A DNA stretch of 64,000 nucleotides from Phaeosaccion multiseriatum (lineage: Eukaryota; Protista; Ochrophyta, other classes): the NCBI GenBank assembly GCA_965112735.1, contig OZ218951.1:4402001-4466000 (forward strand), in the 5' to 3' direction. The position numbers were made by a program, and so were the translations under genes. Under the pieces are notes generated by a model. That model did no database searches. It was not told where the DNA came from and saw nothing but the letters and a program-made list of their open reading frames with translations. Positions 39,224-50,020 of the stretch are shown one piece after another (the first letter of the stretch is position 1; every line of letters begins with the position of its first letter).

Positions 39224-40856
39224 TCATGCCATCTCCTCCGCCACCTCTTGCAGCACCTCAGGGCTGACCTCTCTCTGCGATACCTTCAACCTCCCTTCCT
39301 TGCCAAAGAGAAGGTCAGTGCCCCGCATCAGGTCCAACGCGCTTTGTGACGCAAAGTGCTGTCTGTCCGCGGCAAGGAGGAATTCAACAATATGGGCTTC
39401 ATTGGGAAGCTCTCGTACTGCTGTCAAAGCCTTTGCCAGAGAGGCCCCTCCTGAGAGCAGCTCCAATACCGCCCCGCTGTGATTCTGTAGTGCCGCAAAC
39501 ATTAAGGGTACACCGCAGACATCCTCCCCGTCAGGATCAGCCCCCGCAGACAGCAGCACACGGATCACCGCCCCATTACCGTTAACAACAGCCATCAACA
39601 AGGGTGTGCGACACTCCAAATCCGGCATCTCCACGTCGACACCTGCTGAAATGAGCTCCTCCACGACACGAGCATAGCCTTGCTGAGATGCCAAGTGTAT
39701 CGCTCCAAACCCGTCGCCATTGATCGCATTCATCTTTGCACCAGCCCTGAGCAGCTTTCGCACAATAGATCTACGCCCGTGCTGAGATGCTGCCATCAAA
39801 GCGGACTCTCTGTCCTTAGCACTGCACATGTCGAGGTCAGCACCGGATGTGATGAGCTGCTCCACTACAATACCATGGCCATTCTGGCTCGCAAGACCAA
39901 GCGGAAAACCTCCGTCGCTGGGTGCCAAATTCGCATCTGCCCCGGCGGAGAGCAACAGCTGCGTCACCCTGTGATGTCCTGTCTGTGCGGCCATCGTCAA
40001 GGGGGTGCGGCCATCGACGTTTCTATCATCCCAGTGGTTGGGATCAGCGCCGGCCGATAGCAGCTGCTGCACCACTGCATGATGCCCTTTCTCGGAGGCC
40101 AAAAGCAAGGCCGCATCGCCGTCTGAGGTGGTCTTGTCGACCTCGGCTCCGGCTGAGAGCAGGTAGTGGACTACCCTGTCACGCCCGAGAAGTGAGGCTC
40201 GATGGAGCGCCGTCCATCCTTCCAAACCTGCCCAATCCACCTGTGCACCCGCCGATAGCAGCTGCTGCACCATCGCATGATGTCCCTCCTCTGACGACGC
40301 GATCAACGCCGTATTGCCATCACTGTTGGTCAAGTCCACGCTGGCACCGGCGGATAGTAGCTGGTGCGCCACCCGAACGGCCCCTAGCATAGCTGCTACT
40401 ATCAGAGGCGTTGATCCTTCCTCCGCCTTTCCATCAATATCCGCGCCAGCAGAAAGAAGCTGTTGTACAGCAGCAGTATCGTCACGACCACTTGCAACCA
40501 TTAACGCAGTCATGCCTGCTATAGGCCCTGGAGCATTCGGCGACGCCCCCTCCCGCAGCAAAAGGGCAATGATATCACCCCTCCCTTTACGCACAGCTGC
40601 ATACAGAGCGGGCTCGTTTCCCTCGAGAGACTCGTCCAAGCATGCCTTCCTGCCTCCATTCTTAGCGACGAGGGCCCTCACAGCCGCTTGCACCCTTTGC
40701 ACGCTCTGACCACCTTTGATGGCTTCGTCAAGACGAGTAGCCTGCGAGACAAAACAGCAAGCCGGGCGGGGGGGTAGAGAGAGAGAGAGCGAGTGAGAGC
40801 ACGTTTCAGTGTGGGACAAGGGGCATAGTTGGTACTCCTACCTCCTTTCTTTGCAT
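39224..40856 (-). CDS. Ankyrin-repeat protein, family copy 3 (diverged, about one extra repeat)
   Basis: Mini exon MQRKE (40856-40842), phase-0 intron at the same position as copies 1/2, homologous N-cap (RL.EAI.GGQSV..VQ.AVRALVAKNGGR) and the same C-terminal tail. Confidence 0.9.
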
Positions 40857-41464
40857 TTTTTCGCGTGCGAGCGTATTATATTAACATGTGAGATGTTTCC
40901 TCTATTTCTCAAATTTCCTTGAACTCTACTTTTCGTTTCGTGTACTGCGTGTAATACGGCGGGGGGGGGATGATAGATAGTAGGGAGATACGAAAGAGAG
41001 CACAGCCAAAGGGGGCGACACCAAAAGACTTGATTCTCTTCTCGTGGATGGTAGCAAGAGCAGCAGACGCCCCTCCGTCGCTGCTTCGGTAACTCTCCAT
41101 CCGGCGCGGGGGGTTCATCCGCAAGGAGAGAAAGGAGAAAGAGAGTAAGGTGAGGGAATAAAAGCAAGGCAATTTGCAGGCTTGGTCTGTTCCTCCCAAG
41201 AGCCTTCATCCCTATCCAGAGGGGAGAGAGGGGTCTTGTCTAGAAGCTGTGGGTTGATTCGTTGACTCTGAGCCGGGACAGCTTGGCCACCTCACCCCAA
41301 TTTGCTTTGGTCCTTCTCGTCCCTCTCATCAATTGCCTCCCATTCCTGCCCCCCTCTGTGTGATATTATGCTTCATCAGACCGGGCCGAGTAGGCAGGAG
41401 ACACAAAAGGAGGAGAGAAGAGATGGTCGGGGGTTGAGGCTGAGGGGTTTGACTAGGAGCTGGG

Positions 41465-44400
41465 ATGGGGTTCGTTCCTCCGCCACCCTGGGTAGGCAAT
41501 AGCGGTGGTGCGATCAGTCGGAATGTCGTCGCCGGCGGCCTCGATCACTATCGTGGCCGGGGCACATTCGCTCCTGCAAAGTTTGGCCCCACATCCCTCA
41601 GTAAGAGGCACAGTCTCTCCCAGCTCACGATGAGGGTGGGGGGGACCCAAGCCACCGCAGCAGTACACTCGGGAGCAGGAACTGCAGGAGCAGCAGCAGC
41701 AGCAGCAGGAGGAGGAGGAGGAGGAGGAGCGCCAGCAGCAGCAGCGGGAGGAGGAGGAGGAGGAGCAGCAGCAGTCGGAACGGGACGGAGGAGGAGAAGG
41801 CGGAGGTGGGAGGAGCAAGAGCAGCAACACCCGCAGAGACCCCCGTGGCGGGTAAGGGGTTCGGCAGGGGCGGTAGGAGCGGCAGGAACGGCAATGGTGC
41901 AGAGTGGAGGCGTGAACGCGCTGGTAAGGGGAGAAAACTTGTGTGAGGACAACATCACACATGCAGGAGGGGGAAGGAATGGTAAAGACGCGAGACAGGC
42001 ACGGGAGAGAGGACATGAAAAGACGCCACCGCATGGCGACGACGATGATTACTCCACCCGAGGCGCTGTAATCCAGAAGCAAAAGAGCCTCGTGCGCCGC
42101 ATCCAAGCAATGGGGAGGTCGGAGAAGTGGTGGGGCGTGGGTCGGGCTCTGTTGGAGGCGAGGCAGTCGGGATTGGAGGTTAATCTGTTCATGTGCAACG
42201 CGGCCATTACAGCGTGGGGGAGGTGTGGTCGCTGGAAGGATGCGTGGGCGCTCGTGAATGACATGAAGCTGTCAACGGGCGGTCTGCCACTGCCCGACGA
42301 GGGCAGCTTTACGGGCCTCGTAGTTGCTTGCGGCAGGGCTGGGCAGGTCCACAGGGCGCGGACGGCATTCAGCGCGATGCAAGACAGGGGCTTGCGGCCC
42401 ACCGTCACCACCTATACCGCTCTTATTACTGCCTACGGCAAGGCCGGCCTCTGCCCTCAAGTCCTGGCGCTGTTGAAGGACATGCGAGCCGACGGCATTG
42501 AGCCCACCGTCGTGACTTACACCTCTGCCATCTCGGCCTGTGGCCAGGTTGGTGCCACTCAGCAGGCGCTGGAGCTGCTACTGGACATGGCTCGTTATGG
42601 CGTTCAGCCGAACAAGAGGACGTACCGAGCCGCCATTTACGCCTGTGATCGCACCCACCAATGCGACGAGATGATGAATGTGCTGCTGCGCATGGGTGGT
42701 GAGCAGGGCAAGGAGGAGCAGGAGGAGGAGGAGGAGGAGGAGGAGGAGGAGGAAGGATGGGGGAGTCCCCATCCCCTTCGTCTCCCGCGGCTAGACGTAG
42801 AGTACTACAATGCCCTCATTGCTGTGTCGAGCAAGGCGGGTTCGCAGCGAAAGGCACTCGAGTTTTTGCAGGAGATGCGGGACAGCGAGACGGTACAGCC
42901 AGATGAAGACAGTTACATCCTGGCCATTCGGGCATGTCGGAGGGCTCCCGAGACGGCGCTGCAGCTGCTAAGAGAGATGCAGGAGGAGGAGGGCAGTCGG
43001 CTACAGCCCACGGAAAAGGTGTACTGCGCGGCCATTTCCGCGTTTTGGAGTAGTGGGTCATGCCAGACGGCCATTGACCTGTTTGAGGAGATGCGTGACA
43101 TGGGTTGGAGACCCAACCTGCCCACCTACAATGCCCTCATTACCGCGTGTGGCCGGGCCCGCAAGTACGCCAAGGCCCTCGCAGTGTTTGATGAGATGAA
43201 GGTGCTTGGTTTCCGGCCCGATGTGGCCAGCTACACCACGGCGATTTGGTGCTGGGGTAAGGCGGGCGAGTACGGCGAGGCATTTCGGCTGCTCGGGGAG
43301 ATGCGCAGCCGAGGCGTGCAACCCTCCATGCGCACCTACTGTGCCGTGATTTGGGTGTGCGGTCAAGCCAAGCCCCTCGAGCACGCCTACGTGATGGAGA
43401 AGCTCCGGGAGCTTAGAATAGACGATGGGCTGTCGCTCGACTTGCCCCAGTACACGCAGCTCATTCAAGCATGTGCCAACGTGGGAGCATACGAGAAGGC
43501 GGTGGAGTTTGTGATCGATCTCTTGGCGGACGGACTCCGACCCCCAGATGCGGCCGTCTTTAACATTGCGATCCGCGCTTGCGTCAAGGCCGGGGCCCTG
43601 ACGGAGGCGTGGGACCTCGTCGCTCGGATGCGAGGGTGCGGTGGTGGTGGTAGTAGTAGTGGTATTCGGCCAGATGCGGTCACTTTTAGTGCCCTAGTGG
43701 CCGGGAGCTGCCAGCAGGGGGGGGAGGGTCTCTCCGAGGCGCTGGGGGCAACCCTTCGTGAGATGCGGGTGGATGGGGTCCGGCCCAATTCGGTAATTTA
43801 CAGCGCTGCCATCACTGCCTATGGGGAGGCGGGCGACCACGACATGGTTCTCTCAGTGCTGAGGGATATGAGGACGGACGGTTTCAAACCGGACATGTTG
43901 GTCTTCAAGGCCGTCATGGGGGCGTTGGCGCTCTGTGGCAAGGACGACGCAGCGGGTAGGATGTACGCGTGGGCTGTGTACAAGGGGGCCATTTCTTCCC
44001 CCTGGAAGAAGAAGATGGTGATGATGAAGGGGCCCAGTAGTAGCAGCAGCAGCAGCAGCCGCGGCAGCAGCGGCAGCAGCAAGGAAGGGGCAGGAGGGGT
44101 GTCTGCGGTGGAGAGCTCGAGCTCGAGTTCGAGTCCTAGTAGTGGCGATGGAGCTGATCGTGATGACGATAAACATCATCATCATCATCATCGTCATCAG
44201 GAAGATGCTTACGATCATTACAGTGTGTTGGATCTGCGTGGTTTTCCCAAGGGGGCGACCAAGGCCGCCCTGCGTCACGTGGTGCTTGCCGAGAAGGTGC
44301 GCGGAAAGGTTCTCGTCATTACCCGGCGAGGGAAGGGCGCCGAGGAGTACGTGGTCAGCGTACTCACGCCTCTGCTCAGGGCACTCAACGCGGGGGGCGA

Positions 44401-44524
44401 GGCTGCCACACGCGACAAGCCAAGGGGAGGAGGAGCAGTGGCGGAGGACGCAGAAGAGGAAGAGGAGGGTGTTGGGGCGAGGGTCGAGAGTGCGGGAAGG
44501 GTAGTGTTTTCTGTCTGTGGGTGA
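41465..44524 (+). CDS. P-type pentatricopeptide-repeat protein with C-terminal SMR-like domain (organellar RNA factor)
   Basis: Intronless 1019-aa ORF with ~16 PPR motifs (PTVTTYTALITAYGKAG, PNLPTYNALITACGRA). C-terminal VLDLRGFPKGATKAAL...VLVITRRGKG is SMR-like. The true start or targeting exon may lie upstream. Confidence 0.9.
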   Translation: MGFVPPPPWVGNSGGAISRNVVAGGLDHYRGRGTFAPAKFGPTSLSKRHSLSQLTMRVGGTQATAAVHSGAGTAGAAAAAAGGGGGGGAPAAAAGGGGGGAAAVGTGRRRRRRRWEEQEQQHPQRPPWRVRGSAGAVGAAGTAMVQSGGVNALVRGENLCEDNITHAGGGRNGKDARQARERGHEKTPPHGDDDDYSTRGAVIQKQKSLVRRIQAMGRSEKWWGVGRALLEARQSGLEVNLFMCNAAITAWGRCGRWKDAWALVNDMKLSTGGLPLPDEGSFTGLVVACGRAGQVHRARTAFSAMQDRGLRPTVTTYTALITAYGKAGLCPQVLALLKDMRADGIEPTVVTYTSAISACGQVGATQQALELLLDMARYGVQPNKRTYRAAIYACDRTHQCDEMMNVLLRMGGEQGKEEQEEEEEEEEEEEGWGSPHPLRLPRLDVEYYNALIAVSSKAGSQRKALEFLQEMRDSETVQPDEDSYILAIRACRRAPETALQLLREMQEEEGSRLQPTEKVYCAAISAFWSSGSCQTAIDLFEEMRDMGWRPNLPTYNALITACGRARKYAKALAVFDEMKVLGFRPDVASYTTAIWCWGKAGEYGEAFRLLGEMRSRGVQPSMRTYCAVIWVCGQAKPLEHAYVMEKLRELRIDDGLSLDLPQYTQLIQACANVGAYEKAVEFVIDLLADGLRPPDAAVFNIAIRACVKAGALTEAWDLVARMRGCGGGGSSSGIRPDAVTFSALVAGSCQQGGEGLSEALGATLREMRVDGVRPNSVIYSAAITAYGEAGDHDMVLSVLRDMRTDGFKPDMLVFKAVMGALALCGKDDAAGRMYAWAVYKGAISSPWKKKMVMMKGPSSSSSSSSRGSSGSSKEGAGGVSAVESSSSSSSPSSGDGADRDDDKHHHHHHRHQEDAYDHYSVLDLRGFPKGATKAALRHVVLAEKVRGKVLVITRRGKGAEEYVVSVLTPLLRALNAGGEAATRDKPRGGGAVAEDAEEEEEGVGARVESAGRVVFSVCG

Positions 44525-44940
44525 TGGATGGGGTGTGATGGAGTGTGTGCATGCCCTGTGCCTGCTACACTTGTGAAGAGGGACAACTTTTCCGATGCTT
44601 GGGAGGGGAAGGTGCTTCAGGCAGAGACATGCTGCGAGAAATATTTGCCGCAGCAGCAGCAGCAGCATGGAGCATCAGGAGCATCGGGAGGAGGAGGAGG
44701 AGGAGGAGGAGGAGGTTGTAGTGTGTACATACGTGTTTACGAGGAGGGGCGCTGCCAACCGGGCAAGCGGCCCCTGGGGTTGAATATGGGTCGGGGAGGA
44801 GCAGGAAGCAGCTTTTTAAGTATCCACATGAAGGTTGAAGACGGAACAGTTTAGATTAATACGGAGGAGAGAGCAGAGAAAAGTAAGATTCAAGTCATCC
44901 ATCTGCTTCTCTCCCAAAGTTCCCTACCTACCCCATCTAT

Positions 44941-45824
44941 CTACACCCGTATGTCCTGTCCGGCGGCCCTCGCGGCCTCTGCCTCCGCCTGCCCCGACCC
45001 GTCCCCCTCGGGACCCCCCTCGGGACCCCCCTCGGGAATGAGCAGCAGCACCGCCTCCATGAGGAACTCGAGGAGGTCGAGTTCCTCAAAGTCGAGCGGC
45101 ACAAGCACAATGTGACCGTTCTCGCTGGTGTGCAGATCGAATCCCTCCGTCCGCGCTACCACAAACACCACCTGTGCGAGCGTGTGTGTGTGATTGACAA
45201 GCAGAGCCAAGCACAAGCACAGTCACAAAGACCACCGAGGGCAGCCGGGCAGAGTATAGGTAGCACAGCAGGGGCAGGCATTTTAAACGTTGTGGTCAGA
45301 AAACACGGCCCACCCACTCACTCAGTCACTCGCGCTCACCCACCCCAACCCACCCACCACTTAACCACCCACTCACTCACTCACTCACTCACTCACTCAC
45401 TCACTCACTCACTCACTCACTCACTCACTCACTCACTCACTCACTCACTCACTCACTCACTCCCACTCACCCTGTCCCAGAAGGCCACTTTGTCAAGCGA
45501 CAAGACGTCGAAGCTGTCCAGCAAGACTGTGTGCAACTTGCTTGACACCTCCCCCTCCTCATGCACACCCACCCCTTTAAAGAGCACGCGCCGCAGGTAC
45601 TCGTTGACTTGGCGGGTGCGAAGAGTGTTGCTTATGTCGCGGCCGGTCCTGTCAAGCACCTCCTCTGGTGGTGATGTTTGTGAATGTTTTTGATGGGTTT
45701 TGATTTAAACAGACAGAGACAGACGGACAGACAGACAGATAGATAGACAGACAGACACACAGACAGACAAACAGAAAGAGAAATACAGAGAGACAGCCAG
45801 ATAGACAGACAGACAGACGGAGAT

Positions 45825-45909
<85 letters not shown>

Positions 45910-47735
45910 GATACAGGAGTCAGAAAACGTTACAGTAGTTGTCGTTTTGAAGGCTCGAACGCGGTAGCCCCACCCCCACGATTCATGGAACCATACGCAC
46001 GCCCGCCCGCACGCACGCACCTGCAGACCGATCCCTGTAGAAGCCCTCTCTCACAGAAGGGGCAATGTTTCCGGCGGACGTATCGAGGGCGTAGTGGTGG
46101 TTGAGAAGGTCGTTGAGCTCAGACTCCGTCGTGATATTCCCCAAACGCCTGCCCCCTCTCCGCCTTCTCTCTCCCGTGCCCCCCCCCCCCCTTTCGCCCC
46201 CTTCTCCTCCTCTCCGTCTCGGGGTGGCAAAGAGTCCGTCGCTGGCCCGTTTCCTCCTCTTTGCGGCGTCTGCCCCTGACTCAATCCCCTGCCGTCCTCC
46301 TCGTCCTTCAGCTCCATAAGCCCCGCGCACCCCTCCCCCTCTTCCATCAGTTGCGGTGCGAGGTCGCTGGTGTTTCTGTTGCCAAAGCTTCTCGTGCTGC
46401 TGCTGCTGCGCCGCCAACCGCTGGTCCTGCCGCCTCTTCTTGTCCTCCTCCCTCCTCCTCCTCTGGGCCTCCACCGCCCCCCCTCTACCCCCCGCGGACA
46501 AGGATAGATCGAGCTGGACACTGTCTAAAAGCTTCTCCAGCTGCTTGCACACATGGGCCCGCAGCGACACAGCATGCCTCATTCTCAACAGGTAGGGGGG
46601 GAAACGCATCACCACTGTCACCTTCTCGGGAGGCTCCACAAAAGGCGCTACCCTCCCTCCGCCATCCTCTCCCTCATTCCGCTGCTGTAGTTGTTGGGTT
46701 TGTTGTTGTTGCCCCGGGAGTGGTGCTGCTGCGGCGGCTGGTCCTGCCTTGTGGTGGAAGAAAGACAGGGTGTACGTCGCTGCCAGCCCCCCCTGGCGGG
46801 CGGATCCTTCCTCCGACGCGGCCTCCCCTCGCAGCTCTGCGATGAGTGCCTCAGATGTGTCGATGACAGTGTTCAGGGTCTATGGGCGGTTGACAGTTTG
46901 TGTATGTATGTGTCGATGTGGCGAGAAGAGAGGAGGGAGGGAGGGAGGGAGGGAGGAAGGGAGCGAGGGAGGGGGGGAGAGAAAGAGGGGGAGTGAGAGA
47001 GGGGGGGGCAGGGGCGGGATGAATAGAGAAAGATGGAATCGATTGATGGAATAGGCAGATAAATAGATAAGATAGATGCAGAGGTTGATAAATGGGTGGC
47101 GTGCCTACCTACCTGCAATGACTCCTTGTTGAGTCGTTGGACTTCATCGCTGCATTGGCCAAAGAAGTCGGGGTGCACTTTCTGGAGGGAAGGAGGGCAG
47201 ACCACACACACACGGAGAGAGGGAGAGAGAGAAGAGAGAGAGGGCGCGTGAGAGAGGCAGAGAGAGGAGAGAGAGAGAGAGGGACAGAGAGAGAAGAGAG
47301 AAAAGAAGTAGAGCGACGTGGGCATGAGGGCAACGCAGCGATTCGTTCGAGGGAGCGAAGAACACGTGTGGAGAGCCGTGTACAACACACATAGCAGGAG
47401 AGGGAAGGGACAATTTGACTTACAGGAATCAACCGAAGAGGGAAGGGAGAAGGGAAATCACCAATTCAGAGCGCAAGCAGAAACCAGCCGCAGCATCTCC
47501 CCCCCCCTCCTCTTCTCGAGCTGACCTTAAAGAAGGGCATCATCATCTTGCGCAGCCCAGGCGCCCCTCCGGGCCCTCTTGCCGTGGCCAAGCCTCTCCT
47601 CTGCTGGTGGTGCTCGTGGGGATGCGGGCATTGCTGCTGCTGGTCCCATAGTCGCTCATGCGCGGGGGCAGGAAAACGTACACCTGTTCTCTGCAGAATT
47701 CTTGCCGTCACTCCGCCTTGAAGCCTTCTCCTCAT
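44941..47735 (-). CDS. DUF4460/TCAIM-like protein with putative mitochondrial leader
   Basis: LRKMMMPFFK|KVHPDFFGQCSDEVQRLNKESLQ|ALN matches the HPD-containing N-terminal motif of TCAIM-like proteins. Arg-rich leader, ~5 exons. Confidence 0.65.
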
Positions 47736-48005
47736 GGCCTTTATATGCTTTGGTATCCGAAGGGCCCGGGAGAACCTTTATTGACTTAATAGGCGAAGGG
47801 ATGGTTGTTGTAGACACACGGGTTGGTGATACGCGAAAACAACGTACCTGTCGCCGCTGACCTGGCGTTAATCCCCTGTACATCAGGTCAATTCAGAATT
47901 ACACGCCGCCACAACCCCCCCCCCCCCCCAAAGCCGACTGACGCTGGCGATAGCATAGCACGCCGGCTGACGCCGGCGATAGCGGATAGCGCGTGGGGCG
48001 TCGAA

Positions 48006-48969
48006 GTGAGTGAGTGAGTGAGTGAGTGAGTGAGTGAGTGAGTGAGTGAGTGAATGAGTGAGTGAGTGAGTGAGTGAGTAAGTGAGTGAGTGAGTGAGTG
48101 AGTGAGAGAGAGAGAGTGAGTGAGTGAGTGAGTGAGTAAGTGAGTGAGTGAGTGAGTGAGAGAGTCAGGGAGCCGAGCCAAGGGCAGTGACGACCCTCCC
48201 CGGAACCGCTCGTCCACCTAGTGGCCTACCGCTCACTCCAAATTCTCTTCCATTTACGTAAGAACGGGCCAAGTGGGAATGTATGTATTGATAGACGTTG
48301 CTAATGCCTGTGTGTCCCTTGCTTTTGCCTCAATGTCCTATACGCTCTTGCCTTTATCCCCTTTGCCTCCTACACGGCCTTGTCACTGGCCCGATAACCT
48401 CCCACCCACAGTCCCGAATTAGACCAAAATAGACCTCCTCGATACCAAATGTCAATGTCCTGCCCATACACCTACATGAGGTAGTGAGTGGGTGGGTGAG
48501 TGAGTGGGTGAGTGAGTGGGTGAGTGAGTGGGTGAGTGGGTGAGTGCGTGGGCGAGTGAGTGGGCGAGTGAGTGGGCGAGTGAGTGGGTGAGTGAGTGAG
48601 TGGCTGAGTGATTGAGTGGGTGAGTGAGTGAGCGAGTGAGTGAGTGAGTGAGTGAGTGGCTGAGTGAGTGAGTAAGTGAGTAAGCAAGTAAGTAAGTGAG
48701 TGAGTGTGTAAGTGAGTGAGTGAGTGAGTGAGTGAGTGAGTGAGTGAGTGAGTGAGTGAGTGAGTGAGTGAGTGAGTGAGTGAGTGAGTGTGTGAGTGAG
48801 TGAGTGTGTGTGTGAGTGAGTGAGTGAGTGAGTGAGTGAGTGAGTGAGTGAGTGAGTGAGTGAGTGAGTGAGTGAGTGAGTGAGTGAGTGAGTGAGTGAG
48901 TGAGTGAGTGAGTGAGTGAGTGAGTGAGTGAGTGAGTGAGTGAGTGAGTGAGTGAGTGAGTGAGTGAGT
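48006..48969. repeat. Large (TGAG)n tetranucleotide arrays
   Basis: Two arrays, ~48006-48165 and ~48483-48969, in intergenic DNA. Confidence 0.97.
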
Positions 48970-49835
48970 CCATCCGAAAGCCGACTTCGTCAAATGTGCA
49001 GAGAAGGGAGAGAATGACGCATTTGAGAGCTCTGGCTGAGACATGTGGCGAAGGCTCTTCGGCCTGTCAAACAGAAGAGAGTCACTGACCATGGTCGTTT
49101 TCATCAAGGCACCAGCCCTGTCGCCATCGTGGAGCAAACAGCGCAGGCGAAAGCAGCAGCAGAGGATGCTCAAGGTGGAGGGAGGCTGGCACTGGGAGCG
49201 GAGGGGCAGGCAAGAGGAGGCAGCCAGGCCCGCTCGGCCGGCAGTTCTCTTACACGCATAGAGGAAGCACTCGAAAAAGCCCTCGCTCAGGGCCGCGCCA
49301 GGCCTCGATGAAAGTAACGCTACATTATGTTAGCTAGCACTCACCATCGATGTCGGCACTAGATATCGATCTCATATCGCTGGCTGGCTGGTGGTGTAGG
49401 TAATAATTATTGTCGTTGTGATGTCTCTCTCCTAGAGACCAGTGACGTACTTGCACGAGCTGTGGGAAAGCGTCTTATCAGCTACATAGCGCCTAAGAGA
49501 GGAGTGAACGGACTTGCTTGACTTGTACCAGCGATATGAGATCGTGAAGTGACAAAAATATTCACCTCCAGACCTTGCATGCCACTAATGTTACCAAAGA
49601 CTCTCAGGGTGGTATTGCACTCCCCTTGCCCACCCCTACCTGGGGAACGTAACAAAAACGACTCAACTCGGCGATGGAGGCACTTTAGGGTGGCTGGAGG
49701 GCTGTAAGACACCCTTACGTAAGACCCGCATGGCCCGTACATAAGGAACAGGAGTTTCAGTTTGTTAGGCCTCCACACCCTGCAGGGCCATAGAACTAAC
49801 CTTATTTTTGAGGAGGCACGAGGGCTACACAATGT

Positions 49836-50011
49836 TCGGCCCCTGATGAGACAGGCCAGCCCAGAACCAGGAACCAGGCCGGCTGGCGCCGACCAGGAAC
49901 CAACCTTTGCCCTCATCATTGCCTTATTACATGGCTTTCCCCCAGAACCTGGGACCTGCTTGGCCGGCTGGCGCCGACCAGAACCAGGAACCTGGATAGG
50001 AACCAGGGTCG
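49836..50011. mobile_element. Small TIR element (MITE-like), copy 2, inverted relative to copy 1
   Basis: Starts tcggcccctga; repeated ccagaaccaggaacc and ggccggctggcgccgacc units; exact 35-bp core match to 13990-14024; degenerate right end cagggtcg. Confidence 0.65.
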
Positions 50012-50020
50012 CCTCGATAT

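Noticed and set aside
48452-49173. THSL-repeat ORFs, and the similar TDRQ, CVCV and poly-R/E ORFs elsewhere
   Set aside because: These are translations of microsatellites or antisense shadows of real exons.
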